Part shown: positions 18,831 through 27,637 of the stretch, in pieces
How the letters are laid out: each line of letters starts with the position of its first letter
Position numbering within the stretch: the first letter of the stretch is position 1
Source of the DNA: Bacteroidia bacterium
GTDB taxonomy: Bacteria; Bacteroidota; Bacteroidia; NS11-12g; UBA955
Assembly (NCBI GenBank): GCA_023653095.1
Contig: JAMNXP010000003.1
Location: 128,835-192,834, forward strand
DNA: 64,000 nt
Direction of reading: 5' to 3'
Notes under the pieces: generated by a model
Databases searched by the model: none
What the model saw: only the letters and a program-made list of their open reading frames with translations
Told to the model about the DNA's origin: nothing
Translations under genes and position numbers: made by a program

Positions 18831-21035
18831 TTAGGGTTTTACCAAATTAACTGCGGCCGTTGAACCGTCTTTAGCTCGAATCAATAACAAGTAATTTCCG
18901 GCTGTCCAGTGTTTACCGTAAATAGATAGGTGCGATGCAGAAGTATTGCTTTGATAAACCGTACGCTCAAAATAATCAATCACATAAACATCAACATTCT
19001 TGCCGTTAAACCCTTTTAAATCCACTTGAAATTCATCCACCACAGGATTTGGATACACATTTATGGTTACCTCTGGAGTTAACACCTTAGTTTGTTTTGC
19101 GGGTTGACATAAATCACCCGTTGGCACATGCGACATATCCGAAAACTTCACATAACAAGCCCATTCTGGATAGTCTACAAACGGATTTCTATTTCCTTGA
19201 ACTGATGCTTGAGCGATATATTCTTGACGGGCAATTTCCCATTTTGTTGGAGGATATTGTGTATTCCAACGCTTCAAAACGAATTCGTCTTGTATTTCAT
19301 AGATGAACTGATTGCTGGTTGGCAGAGTAAAGGGTGTTGACGTAGAATGGTAGGTCACACACTCATATAAATTCGCACGCGCCGCAGATCCTTTCGCAAA
19401 GTCACGGGGTTCGTAAGCAAAATTACCTGCGCTATCTTTACCGTATTTACCAGCAACGAAAGTTGATCTTACCTCTTTCAGGTTGTTTAAAGGATAATTT
19501 GACCTTACAGCATTAGCCTCCGTCTGATGAACTGTTCTTAAAACATGAAGATCACTGTAATGCGGCCCGTCTTGATTTGCGGTACCCATGTAACTGAAAG
19601 GATAACAGTGTTCCCTAGACATAACAGCGTGAGAGAATGGCGGAGTATAAACGTAGTTATAACCTGTATAAAAACAGTCTACCACGCGGTCACCGTTGGT
19701 TGTGTCGCGAGCTTCAAAATTGTCAACTACTGTTGAAGAATAATTGCTGTAAAAAACCTGTCTGTGGTTCTTCAACAAGGTTTGCAAATCTGCTAAGAAG
19801 GTAGAAGCTTTCGGGTCAATACCATCATAATAATTAGCAACTTGCAATCCAGGAGTAGTTACTTTGGATGAAACCACTTTACTTTGGTTGTAATTGGTAT
19901 ATGTGCCGTACCCGTTATACCCATAAACAGTGATAGTATATTCGGTATTCGCTACTATATTGTCAATGTCAATTTTCGAATTATCTCCGTTATTTGACAC
20001 AATTCTGGAGTTACCCAAATAAGACCCTACATCGTAGAATTGTTCATCTGCAGGTGAACTTGAGGGAGCACCTTCTTTGGTAACCATCACCAAATACCGT
20101 TCAGCATCACTTTTATTGAAACTCGCTGCTATTCTGAAAGCCTTGGCATCAACCGATAAGTTAGAAACCCCGTTCAAAGGTTCTGTTGCCGTTTTACCCT
20201 TAATTGTTTGTACGGTTAAATCAAAAGTATCAATATCTGGGTCATTGGAAGCTATATGAATGGTAGCTTCATGGGTTCCGGCACTTGTAGCAGTTAGATG
20301 CACCAAAACAGAGGTTGACTCTAATGGCTTAATGGTAATGGGGGCTGAACTTTGCAACTCAAAACTAGAAGCTTGAGCTCCTGAAAGTTTCAAATCAGAA
20401 ATGACCAAATCTTCCTTTTTACTGTTGTTTGCTACATTCAAAGTGATCAGGGTATCGTTTCCTGTTTGCACTTTACCACCATCAATTTGCAGCTGACCAC
20501 TATAAGAAATTTTGATTTCAGGTGTAATCCCCGCAGGAGCAGGAAATACTTCAAAGTGATCTACCGCTAAATTGTAATTGGAGACTTTAGACTTGTAAAA
20601 TATTCTAAAGTATCTAGCTTTTGAGCTAACTCTAACCATGTGTTTGGTAGAATTATTTTCAATATTATCAATATATTCCTTGATATTGGTCCAGTTAGTT
20701 CCATCTGCACTTTCATCGCAAGTTACTGTTCCCTTCCAACCAGGATAGGAAGGAGGATTATTGGTACCAGCAAAATAAAACGAAATGGTATCAGCCTTTC
20801 CAGACCAATGAGCCATTATATACTCTCCTGAATAATCCAATCTGCAAGCATTAGGCGTGCTAAAAACCAAATTGGAACTGGTATACACTGTTTTCCCACC
20901 GGCAGGACCTAAATCAGCAGAAAATCCGGTTGGAGTAGTCGCAGCATCAAAGTCCCATTTCATGGGCAAAGTGCCTTGTGCATTCACGTTCAGGGTGAAA
21001 TAACCTAACAATGCAATGATTATATTTTTTTTCAT
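18831..21035 (-). CDS. Secreted multidomain endonuclease I family nuclease with T9SS sorting domain
   Basis: Signal peptide, then a lectin/CBM-like N-domain, an Ig-like domain and an FN3-like domain. The Endonuclease_1 region carries REHCYPFS and GNRNPFVDYPEW. The C-terminus (VYPNPVVDEFQV...) is a T9SS CTD. Confidence 0.8.
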   Translation of the reverse strand: MKKNIIIALLGYFTLNVNAQGTLPMKWDFDAATTPTGFSADLGPAGGKTVYTSSNLVFSTPNACRLDYSGEYIMAHWSGKADTISFYFAGTNNPPSYPGWKGTVTCDESADGTNWTNIKEYIDNIENNSTKHMVRVSSKARYFRIFYKSKVSNYNLAVDHFEVFPAPAGITPEIKISYSGQLQIDGGKVQTGNDTLITLNVANNSKKEDLVISDLKLSGAQASSFELQSSAPITIKPLESTSVLVHLTATSAGTHEATIHIASNDPDIDTFDLTVQTIKGKTATEPLNGVSNLSVDAKAFRIAASFNKSDAERYLVMVTKEGAPSSSPADEQFYDVGSYLGNSRIVSNNGDNSKIDIDNIVANTEYTITVYGYNGYGTYTNYNQSKVVSSKVTTPGLQVANYYDGIDPKASTFLADLQTLLKNHRQVFYSNYSSTVVDNFEARDTTNGDRVVDCFYTGYNYVYTPPFSHAVMSREHCYPFSYMGTANQDGPHYSDLHVLRTVHQTEANAVRSNYPLNNLKEVRSTFVAGKYGKDSAGNFAYEPRDFAKGSAARANLYECVTYHSTSTPFTLPTSNQFIYEIQDEFVLKRWNTQYPPTKWEIARQEYIAQASVQGNRNPFVDYPEWACYVKFSDMSHVPTGDLCQPAKQTKVLTPEVTINVYPNPVVDEFQVDLKGFNGKNVDVYVIDYFERTVYQSNTSASHLSIYGKHWTAGNYLLLIRAKDGSTAAVNLVKP

Positions 21036-21046
21036 ATTTTTTTAAA

Positions 21047-23758
21047 TTAAAACGACACCCGAATACCTGTGGTGTACCTCAAGCCTTGTGAAACAAACAC
21101 CTCTAAATTTCGGGGGTTGAAAACATTTCTAGCTGCAGATGGGTCACTAATATCACCCGCGGTGCTTCTGTGTTGGGCATCACTGATGTACAAATTGTTT
21201 GTCATGTTGGAGATGTTGAAATACAGACGAACTTTCACACTGTTCTTCAAATCAAAGGCATAGCCTCCGTTAAAATTCATGTACCAATAATTTGGAATCT
21301 TAAATGATTCTTTACCGGCCATATCTCCGCGCAATGCAATGGGTTCAAAATCTGCAAAATGCTTTCCAAAATAAACATATTGAAGTGAAAAGTAAGCCCC
21401 TTTCAAATAGGTAGGCTCCCAACGTATCAGACCAGCAACTTGATTTTGTGCGGCATCACCCACATGAACACCCGCTGCATCAAAATCAAACTGACCTATT
21501 GAATCTCCCGCATCGTTTCTCACCGTAGCATTGCTTCCAGATCTCCAAATCCAATCACCTGCAGCCAATGAAAACTCCAAAGAAATTCCGTCGCCAGCTT
21601 TGATTGCAGCCTGTAATTCAGCACCCATATGTCGAGCTTTAAGTCCGTTGATGTTATAAGTCAACGGATTGTCATCAGCATCTCTGAAGGTGGGCTGAAA
21701 ATCAACGGGTCTATTTTCCCAAAGGGTATAATAGGCGTTCAGGTTTAAGGCTATTCGCTTGTTCTTGTATCCTGAACCTCCTTCTAAGGCGTAAACTATT
21801 TCGTTTTTAGCGTCTTGAATTTGGGTATTTCTATTGTCAAACACGTTGTTGAATCGAGTGGGTCTATTCAAATAACCCAAATTTACAAACGTATTGAATT
21901 TACGGGTAAAGTTATAGTTTGCACCCGTCTTTAGGGTATAACCAAAGAAGTTAACCCAAGGTGTTTTTTGAGCGTTTCCGGAAGAATCTTTTTTGAAATA
22001 ATCAACTCGCTGGTAAGCGGTTTGACTTCCACTCACGTTAAAAAATGCCGACAGTTGATTTTTGGTATATTCAGCTTCTAAATAAGCACCCGCCCAACGC
22101 ACCAAACCATCGTTGTGATAATTGAAAATATCACCTTTTTTGTATAAGTGGTCTTTGTCATAACTTGGATTCATTTCATTCGCATCGGGAATGAAATAGT
22201 CCCCACCAATTAAATCATAAACCTCTCTGTAGTGCTGAGCTCTGTATGTTCTTAAATCAATACCACCTGTCAAATTGGTGCGTTTGGTGATTTTATATTG
22301 CGTGGTATTCAACAAACCATACCAACGGTGATTATTGACTCCTCTCAATAAAATGCCCGATGATTTTCTCAAATCATTTGAATATTTAGGATCATACGCT
22401 GAGGTAAATCCTAAATCAACATTTTGCTCGTATACAGACTGAAAGTTGTATTGGCCATAGGGGTTAGGAGCTTGTTTGATGCGTTCTCCAGCTGTTCCAC
22501 CTCCGTTGCCTTGTGACATATACACAATGGTATTCGAAAACCATTTGGCGTTGGGCTTGTAATCGTATTTTAAATAAATCTGAGGCTTATGAAACTGATT
22601 CACACGCTCATTCACTCTGAATTGTTTACCAGAATATTCCAATTGACCGTTATTCTGATTAAGAGTAACACCCGTATCTAGGTATCCCCAATGTTGGTTA
22701 TACTTTCTGCCTTGATTCACGGGCATTCCAGCGACAACGGTATCCATTCCCAATTGCCTAGCCAAACCGTCATCGTACAAACTCAATCTCGCTTTAAAAG
22801 AACGTTGACCGTGAGCCTGAGGTGCACCTATCGCTGTAAATGATAGAGAATGTTTCTTGCCCCATTCTTTTTCTACCTTGAAGAAATAGGCATACATATC
22901 ATCAAATAAACCATCCACATATCCGGTTGAGGTTCGCTTTGTTAATGAAGCCACCATACCCCAATCGCCTTTCAATCGGCCACTGCTGTAATCTAAACTG
23001 AATTTTTGATATCTTGAATCACCTACCTCAACGTTGGCTGCTATCGAAGCATTTCTTGTGATGCCTTTAGTAATGATGTTCATGGTTCCGCCCACTGCGG
23101 GATTTGCAATTCTGCTACTCCCCAATCCGCGTTGAACCTGAGTCAAGGCAGTTACACCACTAAGACCAAACCAGTTACTCCAATAAACCCAACCATTTTC
23201 CATGTCGTTCACTGGTATACCGTCTATCATAACGGCTATGTTTCTTTGACTAAATCCACGAATGGTAATACGAGCATCTCCTGACCCACCACCCTGCTGA
23301 GTTGCATATACACCTGGCGTATTATTCAACAACATAGGCATATCAGCACTACCCAGACGTTCACTGATTTCTTTGCCACTTAAGTTACTGTAGGCTATGG
23401 GTGTTTTGCGATCTTTAGCCACCGAAGCCACAATCTGAACAGATTGTATACTAGCGCTCAAATTTTCCAATGCAAAGTTTACATCGGTAATTAAATTTCT
23501 ATCGGCTTGGATATAGATAGTGTCTGGATTGTAACCTTCCAAAGAAGCCACAATCTGATACTCACCCATGGGTAGGTTCAGTGAGTAAGTGCCATTTTTA
23601 GAAACTTGTGCACTGACTGACTTTGCCTTAACAATGGCCCCTTCCAAAAGTTCACCCGATAATTGGTCTACTACTCGGCCTTTTATTACCGATTGAGCCT
23701 GAATAGTTGAAAATCCTACAAAAACGATTGAAGCTAGAAGAAGCCTTTTTAAAAGCAT
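21047..23758 (-). CDS. TonB-dependent receptor with N-terminal carboxypeptidase-regulatory-like domain
   Basis: Signal peptide, IKGRVVD...GAIV (CarboxypepD_reg), a plug region (ITIRGFSQRNIAVMIDGIPVND) and a C-terminal aromatic beta-barrel end (...RVSF). Confidence 0.85.
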   Translation of the reverse strand: MLLKRLLLASIVFVGFSTIQAQSVIKGRVVDQLSGELLEGAIVKAKSVSAQVSKNGTYSLNLPMGEYQIVASLEGYNPDTIYIQADRNLITDVNFALENLSASIQSVQIVASVAKDRKTPIAYSNLSGKEISERLGSADMPMLLNNTPGVYATQQGGGSGDARITIRGFSQRNIAVMIDGIPVNDMENGWVYWSNWFGLSGVTALTQVQRGLGSSRIANPAVGGTMNIITKGITRNASIAANVEVGDSRYQKFSLDYSSGRLKGDWGMVASLTKRTSTGYVDGLFDDMYAYFFKVEKEWGKKHSLSFTAIGAPQAHGQRSFKARLSLYDDGLARQLGMDTVVAGMPVNQGRKYNQHWGYLDTGVTLNQNNGQLEYSGKQFRVNERVNQFHKPQIYLKYDYKPNAKWFSNTIVYMSQGNGGGTAGERIKQAPNPYGQYNFQSVYEQNVDLGFTSAYDPKYSNDLRKSSGILLRGVNNHRWYGLLNTTQYKITKRTNLTGGIDLRTYRAQHYREVYDLIGGDYFIPDANEMNPSYDKDHLYKKGDIFNYHNDGLVRWAGAYLEAEYTKNQLSAFFNVSGSQTAYQRVDYFKKDSSGNAQKTPWVNFFGYTLKTGANYNFTRKFNTFVNLGYLNRPTRFNNVFDNRNTQIQDAKNEIVYALEGGSGYKNKRIALNLNAYYTLWENRPVDFQPTFRDADDNPLTYNINGLKARHMGAELQAAIKAGDGISLEFSLAAGDWIWRSGSNATVRNDAGDSIGQFDFDAAGVHVGDAAQNQVAGLIRWEPTYLKGAYFSLQYVYFGKHFADFEPIALRGDMAGKESFKIPNYWYMNFNGGYAFDLKNSVKVRLYFNISNMTNNLYISDAQHRSTAGDISDPSAARNVFNPRNLEVFVSQGLRYTTGIRVSF

Positions 23759-23764
23759 TAAGTA

Positions 23765-24757
23765 TTAATTTTTAATGAATCTTTCTTGTTTCATTTGACC
23801 GTCTTTCAAGGTCAAATTCAAAAAATACATTCCAGAGATCAACCCCTTTGCATCAATTGCTCCGCTAAATGAACCTTGAGCAATAACTTGTCCAAAGGCA
23901 TTTAAAACCTCAAAACGTTCAACGGCTACCGTAGTTTCAAGGTAAATCTGCCCATCAACGGGGTTTGGATATAGTTTTACAGCAGGAACGATTGAAATCC
24001 TTTCGCCACTCAAGGTTTTACAACCTGATCCATGCACACCCAAGGAATCAAACATGTCGCGTGGGTGAATATCCCATTCCGCTGAAGGATCAAAATACTG
24101 AGGATTCCAAGCTTGAGGAGCTGTTGCGGTCAATCCTCTTTTAATAGGTGCTATTGTGTCACACCCAGTCAAAACTTGATATTTTCTGATCAATGTTCTG
24201 TTAGCAGTATACCAAGTCCCAAGTCCCTTATTGTAAGGAAATGAATCGCTCCAACCAACCGATGGTGGTCTTTCACCAATTTTACCCATGATGTCTACCA
24301 ACAACCAAGTACTGTATTGCTCGTTCCATTTATCCAAAGACATGGCGTCATCGCCATTGAAAGACATAGAGTATGAGGTATTATAATCTTTGCTTAAGAA
24401 CAAATCAGCCTTCAATCTCAATTCTTCTACAACCGGAGTATCAATACCGATTTGTGTAGTATCTCTCCTGTCAAGAACCAGAACCACGACATCTTGAGGT
24501 TGAATTGTTCCAGACAATGCATCGCTGTATTGCTTATCCCAAGTAGCTGATCCATTTTGCCAACGGGTCAATCGGTATTGAGATAAATCTATTGGATGGG
24601 TTGTAGGATTGTAGATTTCAATGGCTTTATTATTTCTTGATCCCTCAATGTATTCACTCATAAACAACTCTTGGCAAGAAACAACTCCTTGGGCTTTCAA
24701 ATCTGCATTAAAAAGTTGCAGCGCAGAAATTGCGGAAAACAAGATTAATTTTCTCAT
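23765..24757 (-). CDS. Lamin-tail-domain (LTD) protein with T9SS sorting domain
   Basis: LFMSEYIEGSRNNKAIEIYNPT...L..Y matches the LTD found at the N-terminus of extracellular nucleases such as ExeM. The C-terminus (LYPNPVDGQIYLE...MYFLNL) is a T9SS CTD. Confidence 0.7.
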   Translation of the reverse strand: MRKLILFSAISALQLFNADLKAQGVVSCQELFMSEYIEGSRNNKAIEIYNPTTHPIDLSQYRLTRWQNGSATWDKQYSDALSGTIQPQDVVVLVLDRRDTTQIGIDTPVVEELRLKADLFLSKDYNTSYSMSFNGDDAMSLDKWNEQYSTWLLVDIMGKIGERPPSVGWSDSFPYNKGLGTWYTANRTLIRKYQVLTGCDTIAPIKRGLTATAPQAWNPQYFDPSAEWDIHPRDMFDSLGVHGSGCKTLSGERISIVPAVKLYPNPVDGQIYLETTVAVERFEVLNAFGQVIAQGSFSGAIDAKGLISGMYFLNLTLKDGQMKQERFIKN

Positions 24758-24840
24758 AATTATCTACAAATTTCCCAAAAAATATCCGCACCTCAAACAA
24801 AATGAACTTATTTTACAGCAGGTTAACCAAATTTAACCCT

Positions 24841-25632
24841 ATGCTCATTCGAAATTCATCCATTTTCATCGTTTTTTTCTTCTTTTTCTGGGGATGTTCA
24901 ACGCCAAAATATATAACTGAGTCATCAGCTAATTTGGCAGTAAGTCAGAATATACTGCCTGATTCCGCTGTCGTTTATTGGCTGAAGCCATATAAAGATT
25001 CTGTTGAGCTCAAAATGAGCAAAGTTATTTCTAAAACCAGCAATGATTTACTCAATATCAGATACAAGGGCAAAATAGATCAAAGTCGATCTCAAGAAGC
25101 AAACATTGCCAGAGTTTGTGCTGATTTCATGCACCAAACTGCACAATCATGGGCATCAAACAACCCCTTAACGAAAGTAGATCTTACTATATCCAATTAC
25201 GGGGGATTCAGAGTATCATTGTTTTCTGGAAATATTACCCTCGGCCAAGTTTATGAACTTTCACCTTTTGACAACGAAATAGTCTTAGTTCAATTGAACG
25301 GCCTTCAAATGGATTCACTTTTGAATCAGATCGCCCAAAAAGGCGGTTGTCCTATAGCCAATGCCCAAATAACCTTGGGAGCAGACCGTTGGTTAAAAGC
25401 AACAATAAATGGAAACGCCTTTGACAGCCGAAGAAATTACTGGGTGGCAACCAATGACTTCATGCAACAAGGAGGAGACGGATTTACCGCGCTAAAATAT
25501 CCCCAGAAAAAAATTCAAACAGGAATCTTGGTGAGAGAAGCCCTCATCAACGGTTTTTCTCGTGAATTTGAAGAGACTGGCGACATCAACCCCAGAAACG
25601 AAGACCGTTTTATTTTCACAGAAAACCAATGA
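24841..25632 (+). CDS. Lipoprotein consisting of a 5'-nucleotidase C-terminal (substrate-binding) domain
   Basis: Lipobox (FFWGCS). NYGGFR...ELSPFDN...V...NDFMQQGGDGF resembles the UshA/5_nucleotid_C domain. The ATG at 24841 is preferred over 24802. Confidence 0.7.
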   Translation: MLIRNSSIFIVFFFFFWGCSTPKYITESSANLAVSQNILPDSAVVYWLKPYKDSVELKMSKVISKTSNDLLNIRYKGKIDQSRSQEANIARVCADFMHQTAQSWASNNPLTKVDLTISNYGGFRVSLFSGNITLGQVYELSPFDNEIVLVQLNGLQMDSLLNQIAQKGGCPIANAQITLGADRWLKATINGNAFDSRRNYWVATNDFMQQGGDGFTALKYPQKKIQTGILVREALINGFSREFEETGDINPRNEDRFIFTENQ

Positions 25633-26492
25633 ACAGAAAAAAATTCATTCAACTATCATCCACATTGGTTGCTGGCAGTTTGCTCCATGCAAATGAACTG
25701 GAAGCGTCGGAAATTTGGAACAAAGAAGAATTGGTTATTCTACATACCAATGATTTTCACAGCCGATTTGAACCCTTCCCCAGCACCCACAAAACGTGGG
25801 GAAATAAAGGAGGAATTTCTCAATTAAAAACGCTGATTGATCAATTCAGAAAACAATACAAAAATGTAGTATTACTAGACAGTGGCGATGTTTGGCAAGG
25901 CACCGCTTACTTCAATGTTTTTAAAGGACACCCAGAGCTTGAATGGATGAAAAACGTCAATTATCAAGCTACAACTATAGGAAATCATGACTTTGATCTT
26001 GGCATTGATCATCTGTGTGAGTTGCGAAAAAAATATGAAACTCCCACTGTTTTATGCAACTACCAAATCAATCACAAAGGTTTTCAGGAGATCATAAAAC
26101 CTTATAAAATCATTCAATCTGGCACAATCAAGGTAGGCATTACTGGCGTTGCCATTGATTTTCACGATCTACTTCCCCAAAAATCGTACGAAGGTATTAT
26201 TTACCAAGACCCCATTGAACCTCTCCAAAGAACCGTCAATGAACTTAGACTAAATCAAAGTTGTGACATTGTGATTGTATTGTCTCACTTGGGATATAAA
26301 TATGAATCAGATAAAATTGATGACCTTAAATTAGCACAACATACTTACGGCATAGATGCCATTTTGGGCGGACATACACACACATTTTTAGAGAAACCCA
26401 AATCCATCAAAAACAAAAAGGGGAAATATACCATTGTAAACCAAGCCGGATGGGCCGGGCTGCAATTAGGTAAACTCCATTTCCATATTTAA
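25629..26492 (+). CDS. Metallophosphoesterase (5'-nucleotidase/UshA N-terminal catalytic domain)
   Basis: ILHTNDFHS, DSGD, GNHDFD and GGHTH calcineurin-like metallophosphatase motifs. ATGA overlap with the upstream gene. Confidence 0.8.
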   Translation: MNRKKFIQLSSTLVAGSLLHANELEASEIWNKEELVILHTNDFHSRFEPFPSTHKTWGNKGGISQLKTLIDQFRKQYKNVVLLDSGDVWQGTAYFNVFKGHPELEWMKNVNYQATTIGNHDFDLGIDHLCELRKKYETPTVLCNYQINHKGFQEIIKPYKIIQSGTIKVGITGVAIDFHDLLPQKSYEGIIYQDPIEPLQRTVNELRLNQSCDIVIVLSHLGYKYESDKIDDLKLAQHTYGIDAILGGHTHTFLEKPKSIKNKKGKYTIVNQAGWAGLQLGKLHFHI

Positions 26493-26500
26493 TCACATTC

Positions 26501-27523
26501 ATGAATAACCAGCATATTACAGATACCGAAGATCCCGAAGCCCTTTTTGAACATTTTGCCTTTACTGTTGATCCTGGCCAAGAGCCCATGAGAATTGACC
26601 GTTGGTTAATGCATAGAATTGCTCATGCATCGAGAACTAGAATTCAAGCAGCCATTGAAGCAGGCAGTGTTTTAGTAAACGAAAAGCCTACCAAAAGCAA
26701 CTATAAAGTTAAACCCAAAGACCATATTCGAATTTTACTCCCAGAAGAACCCCGCGATACCGAAGTTTATCCTGAAAACATACCCCTGGATATGGTGTTC
26801 GAAGATGATGATTTGGCCATCATCAACAAGCCAGCCGGAATGGTTGTTCATCCAGGCGCGGGAAATCCATCAGGTACTTTGGTCAATGCTTTGGTTTATT
26901 ACTTTGGACAATTACCCGTGAAAGCCGAAAATCACCGTCCAGGGCTGGTGCATAGAATTGACAAAGACACTTCAGGATTATTGGTTATTGGTAAAAATGA
27001 ATTTGCGCTGAGTTTCTTAGGAAAGCAGTTTTTTGATCACAGCATTCACAGAAAATACTGGGCATTGGTTTGGGGCGATTTACAGAAAGAAGAGGGCACC
27101 ATTAAAGGTTATCTTGCACGTGACCCCAAAGACCGAAGAAAATCGAAACACTATGACACCCCCGAAGAAGGCAAACTTGCCATCACACATTATAAAATCC
27201 TTCAACGATACCACTATTTAACCTTGGTAGAATGCACCTTGGAAACCGGCAGAACCCACCAAATCAGGGCTCATTTTTCATCGATTGGACACCCATTGTT
27301 CAGCGATGAAATGTATGGGGGGGCTACCGTAATCAAAGGAGCTGGAATACCAAAATTCAATAGGTTTATCAGCCTTCAAATGCAATTAATGCCAAGGCAG
27401 GCACTGCACGCCAAAGAAATTGGCTTTATTCACCCAACTTCCAAAGAAGAATTGTTTTTAGAAAGTGAATTGCCCAGTGATTTTCAGAATCTATTAAATG
27501 AAATGTCAAATTTCTTTAATTAA
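26501..27523 (+). CDS. rluD: RluA/RluD family 23S rRNA pseudouridine synthase
   Basis: S4-like N-domain and the HRIDKDTSGLLV catalytic motif. The ...GRTHQIRAH motif is also present. Confidence 0.9.
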   Translation: MNNQHITDTEDPEALFEHFAFTVDPGQEPMRIDRWLMHRIAHASRTRIQAAIEAGSVLVNEKPTKSNYKVKPKDHIRILLPEEPRDTEVYPENIPLDMVFEDDDLAIINKPAGMVVHPGAGNPSGTLVNALVYYFGQLPVKAENHRPGLVHRIDKDTSGLLVIGKNEFALSFLGKQFFDHSIHRKYWALVWGDLQKEEGTIKGYLARDPKDRRKSKHYDTPEEGKLAITHYKILQRYHYLTLVECTLETGRTHQIRAHFSSIGHPLFSDEMYGGATVIKGAGIPKFNRFISLQMQLMPRQALHAKEIGFIHPTSKEELFLESELPSDFQNLLNEMSNFFN

Positions 27524-27531
27524 AGATGAAC

Positions 27532-27562
27532 AAAAAAGGGGCTTTAGGACCCCTTTTTTTTT
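27532..27562 (+). terminator. Rho-independent terminator after rluD
   Basis: AAAAAGGGG-CTTTAGGA-CCCCTTTTTTTTT. Confidence 0.7.
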
Positions 27563-27600
27563 GATATGCTGTCAGGAAAAAAATTCCCAACAGAGAATGG

Positions 27601-27637
27601 AAAATACGAGTAATAAAACTGCTATTACTCGTATTTT
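27601..27637 (-). terminator. Perfect 15-bp hairpin embedding the stop codon of the PaaE-like gene; probable terminator
   Basis: AAAATACGAGTAATA-AAACTGC-TATTACTCGTATTTT. On the minus strand the 5' arm contains the last codons KYE plus TAA. Confidence 0.5.

Noticed and set aside
25629-25700. Possible Tat signal on the metallophosphatase (MNRKKFIQLSSTLVAGSLLHA).
   Set aside because: The shape resembles a Tat leader, but there is no twin-arginine (RKKF rather than RRxF). I call it only a signal-like N-terminus.
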